A DNA stretch of 64,000 bases, taken from Paragordius varius. Lineage: Eukaryota > Animalia > Nematomorpha. How positions within the stretch are numbered: position 1 is the first letter of the stretch; the number at the start of each line of letters is the position of its first letter. Below the pieces are notes generated by a model. That model had not been told where the DNA came from. It saw only the letters and a program-made list of their open reading frames with translations, and did no database searches. Both the position numbers and the translations under genes were made by a program. Where the stretch lies: contig OZ176050.1 in NCBI GenBank assembly GCA_964247055.1, forward strand, positions 13,330,001 to 13,394,000, written 5' to 3'. This document shows positions 12,001 through 24,100 of this stretch, one piece after another.

Positions 12001-14645
12001 GTAATTATTAATATTTTTTTGAATTTGAAGTATATGTACGATTCTCATACATGCAATATATAAAACATTTAATATGCATATATTTTCGTGCGCAATTATA
12101 TAATGCTTGTTTAAGAAAATATTTTTATTCAATAATAATGTTTTAAAAATAATAGTTTGTCACAATGACATTTTAATTGTTATCACGGATTGAATATTCA
12201 CATATCACAAAGTTACTGTAATCTTTATGGCATTTTTATAAAACATCTATTTACAACGCAATAATAAAAAATATAGATTATATATTTTGTTCTATGTTAT
12301 CAAATATTTTTTCTCAAACTTATTATTAGATATCTTTGCCCATTACATTAACCCACGAGGGATGGATAATAGCGTTGGAACAAAGTTTAGTCATAATACT
12401 CATAATTGGGCGATGGTTGTTACCGAGAGGTAAATAAATAATTATATTTCATTTTTTTGTGCTTAAAATATTACTCATCTTTCTTAAGTTTCATATAGAT
12501 AAATCGTAATGGATGGAATTGAGTTAAATGAAATTACATTAGTAAAATTTATCATTCTTGAATATATATATACCATTTATACTTTAAATTTACCCTTGAA
12601 CAATTCACAATTTAATTTCACCCTAAAATAAATGATGCGTTTTTTAAGATTTAATAATACATATACTTTTTATATTTTTATAAATTAATACTTAAAAAAA
12701 TAAAAACTAAGCCATAAAGATATATTTCATATTAATAATGAGTGCCCTAAAACACGCAATTTATTTTTAGGGTGAATTCGAATTGTTCGAGGGTGAATTT
12801 AAATTGTTTAAGGGTGAATTTGAATTGTAAATGATATATATTAACTAGGTGAACTATCGAGAGATCAATTATCCCAAATATTGCTCGTGTATATCGGTAC
12901 TGCGGCTGATATAATGAGCCTGTTCGAAACGTTCGAAGAACAAGAGGCTAAAGGAAGCCGTCTTATAAGCATAGTCATTCTTTCCATATGGACCTGGAGT
13001 TTTGCTCAATTCACGTTTGTCCTTACAACGCTAAAATCACGCAAGGATAAGCTGGGTGCCATTTTTTTCGTGCACAAATTCAAGAAGGCCAAACATCAAA
13101 TGTTCATAGATCTCATGGGTGTCATGTCTAATCTTATGTTTCAGGACATTCCTTTCCTTATTCTCAGGATTTTGCTCATCACTAAATTCAACATTATCAG
13201 TGTGATGATGGTATTTTTCATTATGAAAAACATTTTGGTCATTGTGTTGGAAATGTACCGCGTAGCTGTACTATTCCTATCACGGCGTAAACGTTTGAAT
13301 GAGATTAAGAAAAAAGCTTTGATACATTCATACTTTAAGAGTGATCCGAAAAAATTGGTTAGCAGTGGGGCCGTGACCATACCCATATCTACTGCCCCCC
13401 CTTCAAACTTGAGTGCACCATCCACAAGTAGTGAAGACACTAGTCCAGGTAAATAATAATAATACATCTATCTATAAAACATTTTGTTAAGGAGAAGATA
13501 ATTTTATAATGAATATGAGATAAATTTAATATTTAAAGTACGGCCTTTTTTATCGCCTTTGTGTTTAACTAACACTGACCAATCCATCAATTATTAGAAT
13601 ATAGTGGGATAGTCTAATTTTACGGTTAAACGATCATTCGTGTTTAAATTTAAACTTTTGCCCAAGTGTTTTTGTTATAAAATATTCAAAAATCTCTTAA
13701 TACTAACCCTTATTTATTTATGTAATAAATATATTTTTAGGTGTAATTGATGATAGGACACCTTTATTGGGTGATGGTTTATCCGCACAAGCTGGACAAG
13801 CCCCTCCAACAACGGTTATTTCAACTGTCGTTACACTACCCGCTAAATTTGTACCGCCTGTCACATCTTCCGAGACAGGGGCCTCGGTTGAAAATGTGCC
13901 ATCTCCGACTTTGGCATTTGTGGTCACGGTGGCGGCACCCATATCTACGGCTGAAGCGTCGTTAGCAACCACTCAGCAATCAACGCCACAGGGTATAACA
14001 GCTGTAGTAACGGCAGGAAATTCTCCCCTTACATCCGCTCAAAATATAAGCGACAGCTCAATAAGTAGTAGACCACCTGCTATTATATCACCAGTCAATA
14101 CAATAGCCGTGTCTAATACATCCACTTCCATTTCAACTGCACCTACTACTTCAGATTCAATTTCATCACCACCGTCTTCTGAGGCCCTAAGCCCGCCCAT
14201 CAGTGCTCCAGCCAAACTTGAGACAAGACCAAGTTTTGATGAAACGCTGGAAGCCTTTAAAAAGGTCAAAGAAAAGGAGGCCAAAGAAACCACAGTGGAT
14301 GATTTAGATCGGAAAGCTATCTTGAAAGGCGAAGTTGGGAAAATATCGCCCATCAAAGAGGAATTAGTTAAAGTGTTTAAACTCGCTGATGATGTTCAGG
14401 AGATTGTGGATATTCACGAGCTTAACAAGGAGCTTGAAAAAAATATTAAAGACAAGAAAAAAGAAATCCAAGCTGCTGCCGCCGTCGCCGTCTCACAATC
14501 TACAACCGCGCCCACAAATATTTCTTCTAGTCAACCAGCTTCTGTCGCGAATTCACAAACCTCTGCATTATCATCATCTTCAAATACTACAGCTACACAA
14601 TCCATAACTTCCCCTATAATGACTCCAAACGTGACAACGAAATAA
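8933..14645 (+). CDS. TMEM26: TMEM26-family membrane protein with a long C-terminal extension (about 708 aa, 6 exons)
   Basis: Exons 8933-8974, 9973-10259, 11808-12000, 12330-12429, 12849-13448 and 13741-14645 have GT-AG boundaries and consistent phases (2127 nt total). Motifs [57 protein letters not shown] and IWTWSFAQF match TMEM26 as I recall it. Confidence 0.85.
12571..12836. mobile_element. MITE family A (TA|CCATTTACA...TGTAAATGG|TA, with 21-nt subterminal repeats), copy 1
   Basis: Long TIRs built from GGGTGAATTTGAATTGTTCAA-like units, TA flanks. Lies in TMEM26 intron 4. Confidence 0.75.
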
Positions 14646-15118
14646 ATTTATGCCAAGTCCGAAATAATTTAATGAAAAATATAAAATTTGCAGTCACAAT
14701 GAGATACAGATAATATTGCGTATGCCAAAATTTGGATGTTGACGTGATAAATTTTACCATTTGCTAGTCATCACAATTAATTTTTGAACTTATAAACCAT
14801 AGGAGTGCCAATGCTTTGAAAATGGTTATTTTAAAATATCTTAAACAAAATAAATAACCTAATTTATCAATCGGTTTTAAAAAATAACGATAAAAAATGA
14901 CTTAATTTAAACCTTTCAACAATTCTAAAGTAACTAAATATTTTTTTTCCTTAAATGTGGTTAATTTCAAAATTTTAAACAATTAACCTAATATTTTTGA
15001 TTGGTTTAAGAACACTAATGACCAAATAATTAATTTTAGCTATTATTCTATGTAGCAAAGAACCAAAAATATTATATTAACATTATGTCGCTTCCATGCT
15101 TTTGTTTAGATTGTTATA

Positions 15119-15439
15119 TACCATTTACAGATCGAATACACTCTTGAACATTTCCAATTCACACTCGAACAATTCAAAATCACCCTAAAATTTATAATGT
15201 GTTTTTTAAGATAAAAAATTACCTTGTTTTTAAAGATTTTTAAAATATGAAAATTTAAAATTAATATAATGCTGAAAAAATAATAAACTATGTAGTAAAA
15301 ATTTATTTCATATTAATGATATGTTATATTAGTCCGAAACTTAATTTATGTTTAGCGTGTTGAATTGTTCAAAGGTGAATTTGAATGGTTCGAGGGTGAA
15401 TTTGAATTGTTCAAGGGTAAATTTGAATTGTAAATGGTA
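15119..15439. mobile_element. MITE family A, copy 2
   Basis: TACCATTTACAG...TGTAAATGGTA with the same internal sequence (CTGAAAAAATAATAAACTATG...CATATTAATGA). Confidence 0.8.
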
Positions 15440-16753
15440 TATATTATTATTATTATCATTATAATTGTGAATACCGCTATGCTCACACATTTGGTGTCTT
15501 TATTCATATAATATATTATCAATAAATTTTACTTATAATTTTTCCCTAAGTCACACCATCTTTTTAAATTCCTTTAATACTTAGCAAATAACTATGATTC
15601 AAGCTCATTTTTTCACATAATTTTTTTTTAATTTCCAACATTTTCTTTCAAAATCAAAATGATAATTATGATATTTTTATTGGGCAGGTTAATTGTAAGC
15701 CCCAAAAAATGTTTTTATTGCTTTAATTAACATTGTAGATTTGAGCGGATATCCTTATAAAATGAAATGAATGGAAAAATCAATGTATAGTATTCAACCT
15801 TTTTCAGATTATGTGCGATAAGGCAGATTTGTATCAATTTTGTGCAATTAGTGAAAAAGTACGAGAATGGCATAAATCCCTAGGGTTTTTAAATAAAATA
15901 ATTGGGTAAACATACATTTCTGTCAAAATCTATATTAGATGAAAACGAATGTAGTTCTAGATTTTAAACTATTTATGAAAACATTTATCACAGTAAAAAC
16001 TTATGCGTATTTAAAAAATACAAAATATTTTTACCATTCACAAAATCAGGCAAAATTATTACAGTTATATCTAAAGCCTTAAATTAATTTTAATTATACC
16101 AATTTATGTATATGATATGGTTAATTATTAAAAGCATTATATTTATTAATAATAAATTCATAAAAATGAATGATAAAAAGAGGACAATTGTAATAGAGAG
16201 ATGTAAAAATTATTTTGGTATAAATCAAATACAATGCTGCACACAAAGAGATATATATATATAGTTGGTTAAATGTAAATTTCATAAGTATTTCAATTAA
16301 AGTTAAGAATTATTTATCTTAAAAATCTTAGAGTAATGGTATGGTGAAAATTAATAAAGTATATTTAAAAAGTATTAAAAAATTGCATTTATGGTAGAAA
16401 AAAAAGTTTAATAGGCTAAAATAAATTTTGTAATATAAAAATACGAATTTGGTTGGTTGGGTGTGTCCGACATTATAAGTATACATTAAAACATCACAAA
16501 TAACCTTAATATTACAGAGGTGCGTATACGTTCAATTAGCAAAATTAATTAAATACATCAAATTTATATATTGGAAGAAGCTATATTATTTTTTAAGTCA
16601 CACAGTTTATAAATGCAATAAATGCCGCCGTATTCCAGCCTTAAAAATTATTTGAAAAAAAAACTGGTATTTAAAGTTCTAATAAAAAACTATACTATAA
16701 AAGTGTATGTAGATTTAAAATACTAGCATATGCTATAAATACTAAATGAATAA

Positions 16754-16978
16754 TTAATCTGAAACAAGGTTCGAGTCCTCACAATTAATCAACAGATCCT
16801 CGGAAACTTCATTTAGTAAAAGATTATTCATATGGCTAGTATTGTTTTCATTCAAATTATTTAACAATGCAATATTGTTTTCATGGTGATTAACATTATT
16901 ATTAAGATTATTGTAATTTTGGCCTTGGACATTTGAATTAGTTTGACCCAATTCTCCACCATCTAGTACTGTGTTTGT
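16754..16978 (-). CDS. Candidate alternative terminal exon of EB1 (Asn-rich)
   Basis: AG acceptor at 16980-16979 followed by an open phase-0 frame TNTVLDGGELGQTNSNVQGQNYNN...SNLVSD*, similar in composition to the EB1 tail. The upstream donor was not identified with confidence. Confidence 0.35.
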   Translation of the reverse strand, partial: TNTVLDGGELGQTNSNVQGQNYNNLNNNVNHHENNIALLNNLNENNTSHMNNLLLNEVSEDLLINCEDSNLVSD

Positions 16979-17498
16979 CTAAATAGGTAGTAAAAAATAT
17001 TAAATTAAAAAAAAGACCCCTTTTTAGATATTAATATATATATGAAACAAGCAATTAAACATATAATAAAATTACGATAATAAGGATATTAGCGCAATAT
17101 TTTACAATGGCACATCAATTTACTAAGCTAAAACTGACAACGTACATGCAAAATTTAAATGTATACATAATAACCGCAAACAGAAGTAATGAATAATAAC
17201 ATATAGACGTAATTTAAGAATTAGATTGGACAAAAAAACGCTACAAATATACAAACATAAACACAGAAAAACGGATAATATTGAAAGTTAAAAACTGGAA
17301 ATTTACAAGAGACTGATAATGATCGAAGCTCCACATTGGATATAAAATGATGATATGCCAATATATTCAAAAATCAAGAATTGGTCAGAAATCGACGAAA
17401 AAACAGATATATGAAAACTATCAAAATTATTATTGAATATAATCCGGAAAATGTTGAAAAGTTGTCGATAAAATAGTTTATCTGCATAGATAGTTTTC

Positions 17499-20400
17499 TT
17501 ATTTATCGGTGTTAATATGATTAACATTGCTTTCTGCGCCACTATTGATATTGTTATGTTGATTAAAGTAAAAACTATCGACCAACTGTTTCTCATAAGC
17601 ATCAAATTCGCTTAAACCCTCATCCCCGTCAAAATCATCGTAATCAAACAAATTATTTGGTTGATTTCCATCTTTGCTATTGCAAACATTATATTTTGAA
17701 TTTTTTTCAATAATATCATTTGATTCAGCATTGTTATGAAGAGTTTTTGCCTGGGTATTATGGGTTAAAAGATGTAAATTATCATCTTTTAAATTATCAT
17801 TATTTTTTAAGTTTTGTTGGCCATCATCAACATTATTATTGGGAAATGTTTCATTAGGCGTTGTGGTTAATAAATGCGTGTCATTCATAGGAATTTCTTG
17901 ATGATTAGAACTTGAAACTGCAGAAGTTACAACCAATTTTCCATCTACAACGGTAGTTGTGGGAATTTCAAACCCTTCCTATTTGCATTTAGTTGGGTTG
18001 TTTTATGGTAAAAGTTGATTAAAAAAAAGCCATTTATAATTAATAATATTAAAATCCAAAATTAAAATTTAAATATATTTTGCTTTAATAAATATAATAC
18101 ACTACCTAAAACTTTAAATATCCCTTTATTATTAATCAATACATAATTCCATTTAACAAATCAAATATATAATACTTATTTGCCCGTGAATCTAGTATTA
18201 AAAGCAATTTAAATAAAAAACAGATTAAGTATATTGCAAAAGATTATGCATGTATTATTTATACCTCAGTATCATAAATAATTTCCAACACTTTCTTAAG
18301 GTTAGGATCCAATTGATTTTTGGCTTCGAGTTCTTGGCAAAAGATCTCAATGTTCCGCAATTTCGAGTAATAAAAATTGCGTTCAATATCAGCCTCCTCC
18401 AACATACGAGTTAATTCTTCAGTCTTTAAGAAAGAAAAGTTTTGTTTTAAAAAAAACTCAAAAGAACATAAAGCGCAAATATTACGCAAATTTTAACAAA
18501 TATTTGGAAATGGATTATTAAATTAAGTTATCTGTAGGATTTTTAAGACCCATGTTAAAACTCCGTAAGTAACAATTACATACTTAAGTACTTATGTTTA
18601 TTGTTATATACTTATGCTTACATTTTTAAATAAAAATCATTATTCATCAAAAGTCTGTTTCTAGTAGACTTGTTAAAATTCTAAAATGGCATAACTTGAA
18701 AATTATGCGACTTTTTAAATTTTATAAATTGGAAATAAATATTTGGCTTTCTATCCTCTAATTTACAGAATTCAAAAACACGCAATATTTTTCAAATTAT
18801 GTCGCTTTGATATTTTAACAACAAGTCTACATCCTAGGGCAGACTTATGATGAATGAATAATATTTATTTAAAAATGTAAGACAAGTAAAAAAAAATTTA
18901 GCATAACTTTAACATGGGACTAAAACTTGGTCGATCTTTATAATATTAGAATGATTCGCAGAATGATGCCTTAATACTAGTTTTTAAAATATGGATTTCA
19001 AATTTACGATTTAATTTCATTTTTGGTTCAGGGTTCAATTACACACATTTTTTATAAAATTTCGGTTCCCAAAATCTTTGCAAAAAATTAGTTTTTTAGG
19101 TAAAATAGTTCAAATTTTGATCCTTTTTTTTAAATTGCAAATAATTTATGGCAACAAATTTTTGTTTGCAACTATGTAAATTTAAGAAAAATACATTTTA
19201 TTTCCAATCGATAAAAACAATATTTTAAAAAAATAATCTAAAATTGCATAAAAAAATCTTTTAAAGCCGTTGCTATTAATTCAAATGGTGTTTCAAAGCT
19301 AATGATTCAGTACCAAAAACTGTTTCGATACGAATCCCTCTTATAAGTTACACTCTTTTTTTAACTTATTCTTTACGATTAACCGAAAAACCTTATATAT
19401 ATATATATATAAAATATATACCATTTGAAATTCAATTTCACCATTGAACAATTTAAATTCACCGTCGAACAATTCAAATTCACCCTTGAACAATTCAAAT
19501 TCACCCTTAAATAAAATATATGTTTTTTAAGATTAAAAATCACCTATATTTTATATATTTTTAAAAAATAAAAATTCTATTTTAAGTCAAAATAATACTG
19601 AAAAAATAATAAACTATACCAAAAACATATATTTTATATTAATAATGAGTTATATTAGTTCGAAAACACATAATTTATTTTTAGGGTGAATTTGAATTGT
19701 TCGAGGGTGAATTTAAATTGTTCGAGGGTGAATTTGGACTGTAAATGGTATATATATATATATATATATAAACATCCCTTTAAATATAAAACCAGCCAAG
19801 TATACCTCTTTCTTATGTTCCGTCAATTGTTGCTCCATTTGTGCAATCATTTGTTGATTTGCCATGCCTGATTTTTCATTCACATTGTTCCCATTCCCAT
19901 TCGCATTGTTATTGTGATAAAGATTATTAGCATTGTTAATATTACAATTATTTTTATTAACATTATTATTAACATTGGGTAACGTTTTATTTTGTTGATA
20001 CATATTATTATTGCCAGGAAAATTAGAAGAATTAATTTTATTAGCAACAGCTGTTTTTGGCGTCCCAGCTGAACCAGTTCGAGTTGTCGCATTCTTAACC
20101 ACCATATTATTATGATGAGAGGGCGGCAGACCGCTTTGGGCCCTTTTATAGGCGGGTCCAGCGCCATTCGTGGCTGAAAAACCGGTTCCTGTATTACCAC
20201 CAATCTTTGATGCTAGGAAAGAGAGAGGAAAATATAAAAAGTTTGCTGGTCAAGAAAAATTTGAATGGGAAAAAAGTGGTGTTTCATTTTTTTACTTTAT
20301 TGTATATCTTTCGGGTTAATTTTCTACCAATTTTTAATACAAGAGACCATTATAAATTACGTAATTTACCATATAATAAAATCCCTTCAAATGATTACTA

Positions 20401-21060
20401 TACTTTGAAGTTTTAAAAACTTTTTTCATAAAGTCAAAATTAAAGTTAATTCACGATCTTACGAGTTAGTTGCCTATTGTTATAGTAAAAGTTGATTTTA
20501 TTCGTATAGTTTTAGTATTCCTTAAAGTTACTTAACAAAAGAAATAATTAACAAATATTTCATATAAATTAAAATCATATACCCATATCTAATGACGAAG
20601 GGGGTATATTCATACCGTCTCTGGCCGATCTTGCATCATAAGGATCCCCATTGTAATTATTGTCAAAAAACTTTTTAAACCATTGAACAAACTCAAAATT
20701 GTCTTGATATCGACCCTTGATCAATTTATCAACGGGAATCACCTAAAATATCATGAACATATGATACTTTATCCACATTAACCTTCTTAAATGCCGATTG
20801 TAACTGTTTAAAATTTGATATGTATTCATGCTCCAAATTTGCATTAAATTTAACTTTTTTCAAATTTATGGATCCTAAATATAGAATTTTTGTTTGTTAC
20901 CAGGGAAAAGCATATCAAAAAAATTACAATAAGCCGTTCCAGTACATAATTGTTCAATCTTTGTGAAGTTACTCTGTAAACATCCATTAATCCAATTCAA
21001 CATATCATGTCTGCTAAGATTATCAGTCGTACAATTAGTAGAATACACATTTATAGCCAT
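17499..21060 (-). CDS. MAPRE: Microtubule end-binding protein EB1 (RP/EB family), about 479 aa, 6 exons
   Basis: Exons 21060-20901, 20874-20768, 20742-20616, 20212-19806, 18423-18265 and 17978-17499 (1440 nt). CH domain MAINVYST...LSRHDML.W...[19 protein letters not shown] and EBH domain [13 protein letters not shown]...IIYDTEEGF. Confidence 0.93.
18543..18923. repeat. Foldback / long inverted repeat in an EB1 intron
   Basis: Ends TTAAGACCCATGTTAAAA / TTTAACATGGGACTAA. Internal arms TCATCAAAAGTCTG...TAGACTTGTTAAAAT...CATAACTTGAAAATTATGCG pair with CGCAATATTTTTCAAATTATG...AACAAGTCTA...CAGACTTATGATGA. Confidence 0.6.
19419..19750. mobile_element. MITE family A, copy 3
   Basis: Same TIRs and body as the other copies. 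Lies in the EB1 intron 19805-18424. Confidence 0.8.
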
Positions 21061-21158
21061 TTTTGTCGGATTTATCGATAAAAATGATGAATTGTTATAA
21101 ATTAGGTTATAGATTTATTTAACGGTATGATAAAATGAATGTGGTGCACAAATAGAAC
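21061..21158. promoter_or_regulatory. 98-bp divergent intergenic gap between the EB1 and Arp2 start codons (putative bidirectional promoter / overlapping 5' UTRs)
   Basis: EB1 ATG at 21060-21058 (-) and Arp2 ATG at 21159-21161 (+). Both match the conserved N-termini of their families. Confidence 0.6.
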
Positions 21159-24100
21159 ATGGATAAAGGGAAAGTTATCGTTTGCGATAATGGCACAGGA
21201 GTATTTTAATTATTTTTATGCCTAATTTATAGTTTGTTAAAGTAGGATATGCCGGATCCAATTTTCCTTCCTTTATTTTTCCATCGATGGTTGGACGACC
21301 CCTACTTAGGTCCAAAGTTCGTGTCAAAACCAATATTGGTAGCGAAATAGAAATTAAGGTAATATAAATTGTTTGTACATTTTAAAATTTATACATTTAA
21401 GCGATCTGTAAATTATTTGTATTATTTGGCTTTTAAAGGAAATTATATTAACTATTCTTTCATATTTTTACCAAATTTAAATTATAGTTTATAAATAACG
21501 ACTTAAGCCTATTATTTAGAAAAAAATACTCCATCGCATATTTTGGAAAATATAGTATGTAAAAGTTTTTTTTGTTTTTGATTCTAAATGATTTTGATGG
21601 AGAATAATTTTTTGAGAGATATATATATTTTTTGCATCGTTTTTGCAATAGGAATTTCCGTATAATATCTATTTATTATAAGTTTAAATGTTTTATTTTT
21701 TTCAATTTTGATTTTAAGACCCGTTTAATTTTAATTTCCATTTTTTGAAAGAAAATTATAATGTATTATAATGTGTAACCAAGCTATCCAATTTCTTTAG
21801 ATACCATGTCTAAAGTTAAAACTTAATTGCTGAAATTTTTAATGGTTTTGAAAAGTTTAAATGATTAAATTGAGATTTTAAACCTCTTTAATAATATTTA
21901 ATTCTTATTTTAGTTTTCTAAATAAAAAAGAGAAATGTGACTTAATTTTTTTATTAAAATTTTGTTAAGGGGGTTGACTGTTAATTTTAACTGCCATTTT
22001 TGGAAGAAACTAGTATAGTTTAAATTAAGATTCTAGTTTTAACTAATTTAAAAAGTTTAACAATTTTTAACCATTTTATCAAGGATCTTATGGTTGGAGA
22101 TGAGGCAAGTGCGGCCCGTCAATTCTTGGAAATCAGTTACCCCATGGAAAATGGCATAGTTCAAAATTGGAGTGAAATGGTCAATATATGGGATTACACC
22201 TTTGGACCAGATAAATTAGCTATCCAGGATGAAACGAGCGAAACGAAAATCTTATTAACGGAACCACCGCTAAACCCTGTAAAAAATCGACAAAAAATGG
22301 CTGAAGTTTGTTTCGATTATTTTGATGTCCATATTTTTTGTTTTTTTAAATATTAATACAATAATAATAGATGTTCATTATCATAACGGTTCTTTGTGAT
22401 ATTCCTTTGTGTATATAACAATTTTTATGATTTTTTTGAATTAGTATGCTTAATCATAGGTTTTAGTTTCCGTTTAATTTTTAATTTAATTAGTTTTAAT
22501 ATCATTTTCATTTTTTAAAATTGAAAATCTAGATTTAAAATTTGAGAATCAATCTATTAGTTTATATTATTCGTCTTTATATATATATATATATAATATG
22601 TAGATTATGTTTGAGAAGTACAATTTCAAATGCATTCACATTGCGATACAAGCCGTATTAGCCTTATACGCTCAAGGTGAAAATATACAGTAAAAATTGA
22701 AATTATACGGACAAAACGTAAAAATATAAGGACATCTGTGTTTTATTTACATGGTTTCTTAAATATAACCAATGCATATTTAAAAAATCCAAATTGGAAT
22801 AAACGCGTAAATTGGTAATATTAATAACATATTTTACAATGGTAACTATATAATTTATCTAGGAAAAATTAAGGTTTAAGGAAAGTATGGTTGTCTTTTG
22901 GAAAAAAATTGAATTTATATTTTTACGTTTTGTCTGTGTAATTTCAATTTTTACTCTAAATGGCTTTTAAAAACGTTTAATTGTTTCCCCAGAAACTAAA
23001 CTGGGTCAATATTATTATACAGTTTTCGAAAAATTATGGCTGCTGTTTTAGTTCTATTGTTTTATAGTCAAATTGTTTTCAAATCCGATTAAAATTAAAA
23101 GTTTACAGGCGCTAATTTTTCATACAATAAGAATAAGAGAAAGGTTTTAACACTGTAAAGTTTCTTGGATTCGATGCTCATATTACAAAAATGATATTAT
23201 CAAATAACATTGTGATAAAATTGAAATTATACAAAATATGGAGAATATGTTTCGAAAAATTGTTCTACCAATCTAAACTCGAGTTATCACTCGTTAGGAG
23301 TGCTTATAAAAATTAATACCTTTTTAATAAAAATATAAATTTTGTCGTATAACTAAAAATATTAAAAAGATTTATATATACCATCTACGTTCAAATGCAC
23401 CCTTATATTATTCAAATTCACCTTAAAATATAGTTTTTTAAGATTAAAAATTACTTATATTTTTTTTGAAAAGATATAATATTGTTTAAATTAAAATAAT
23501 ACTGAAAAAATAATAAAATATGCCATTAAGATATATTTCATATTAATGATGAGTTTTATTAGCCTAAAACACCATAATTTATTTTTTAGGGGGAATTTGA
23601 ATTGTTAAAGGGTGAATATGAATTGTAAATGGCATATATATTTATTTAAAATGATTTTTTTGATCAAGTCCTTTTATATTTTGTATGTAGGTCTTTTAAC
23701 TGGAGTTGTCATAGATTCTGGGGATGGAGTTACCCATATATGTCCAGTATATGAGGGTTATGCCCTCTCTAATCTTACCCGTCGATTGGATTTAGCTGGA
23801 CGTGATATAACTAAATATTTGATTAAAGTACATTTTTACAATAGTTTGGTTTTTTGCAAAAATATTTTGGTTTTTTATTTTAGTTTTTTTGTTAATGTAT
23901 GGATGGCTTATATGTTTAAAATGTATTAAGTTTGCGTTATGATATAGTACTTTTATTTTGAATAAAATTATTTTGTCGCCAATGAAAGCAATGTAATAAA
24001 ATGACAACTAATTTTTATAATATGGTTTGGTTTATAATATATAGGATTGTTATGCTTAAAAATCAGAAATGATGTATTTATAACATTAACTTTGATAATT

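Noticed and set aside
13141-14607. ORFs 13141-13467(-), 13718-13972(-), 13747-13965(+), 14039-14356(-) and 14389-14607(+)
   Set aside because: Antisense or alternate-frame shadows of the relatively GC-rich TMEM26 exons, with no independent motifs.
15360-15437. 21-nt GGGTGAATTTGAATTGTTCAA-like repeats resembling a CRISPR array
   Set aside because: The repeats are directly adjacent with no unique spacers, are mirrored at the other end of each element, and lie in eukaryotic introns. They are MITE subterminal repeats.
17303-17605. 100-aa hydrophobic ORF overlapping the EB1 end
   Set aside because: A different frame over the EB1 tail and 3' region, with no splice support. Its hydrophobicity is explained by AT-rich codons.
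19686-20416. ORFs 19686-19871(+), 19880-20203(-) and 20207-20416(+)
   Set aside because: Derived from MITE repeats plus a (TA)n tract, or alternate frames of EB1 exon 4.
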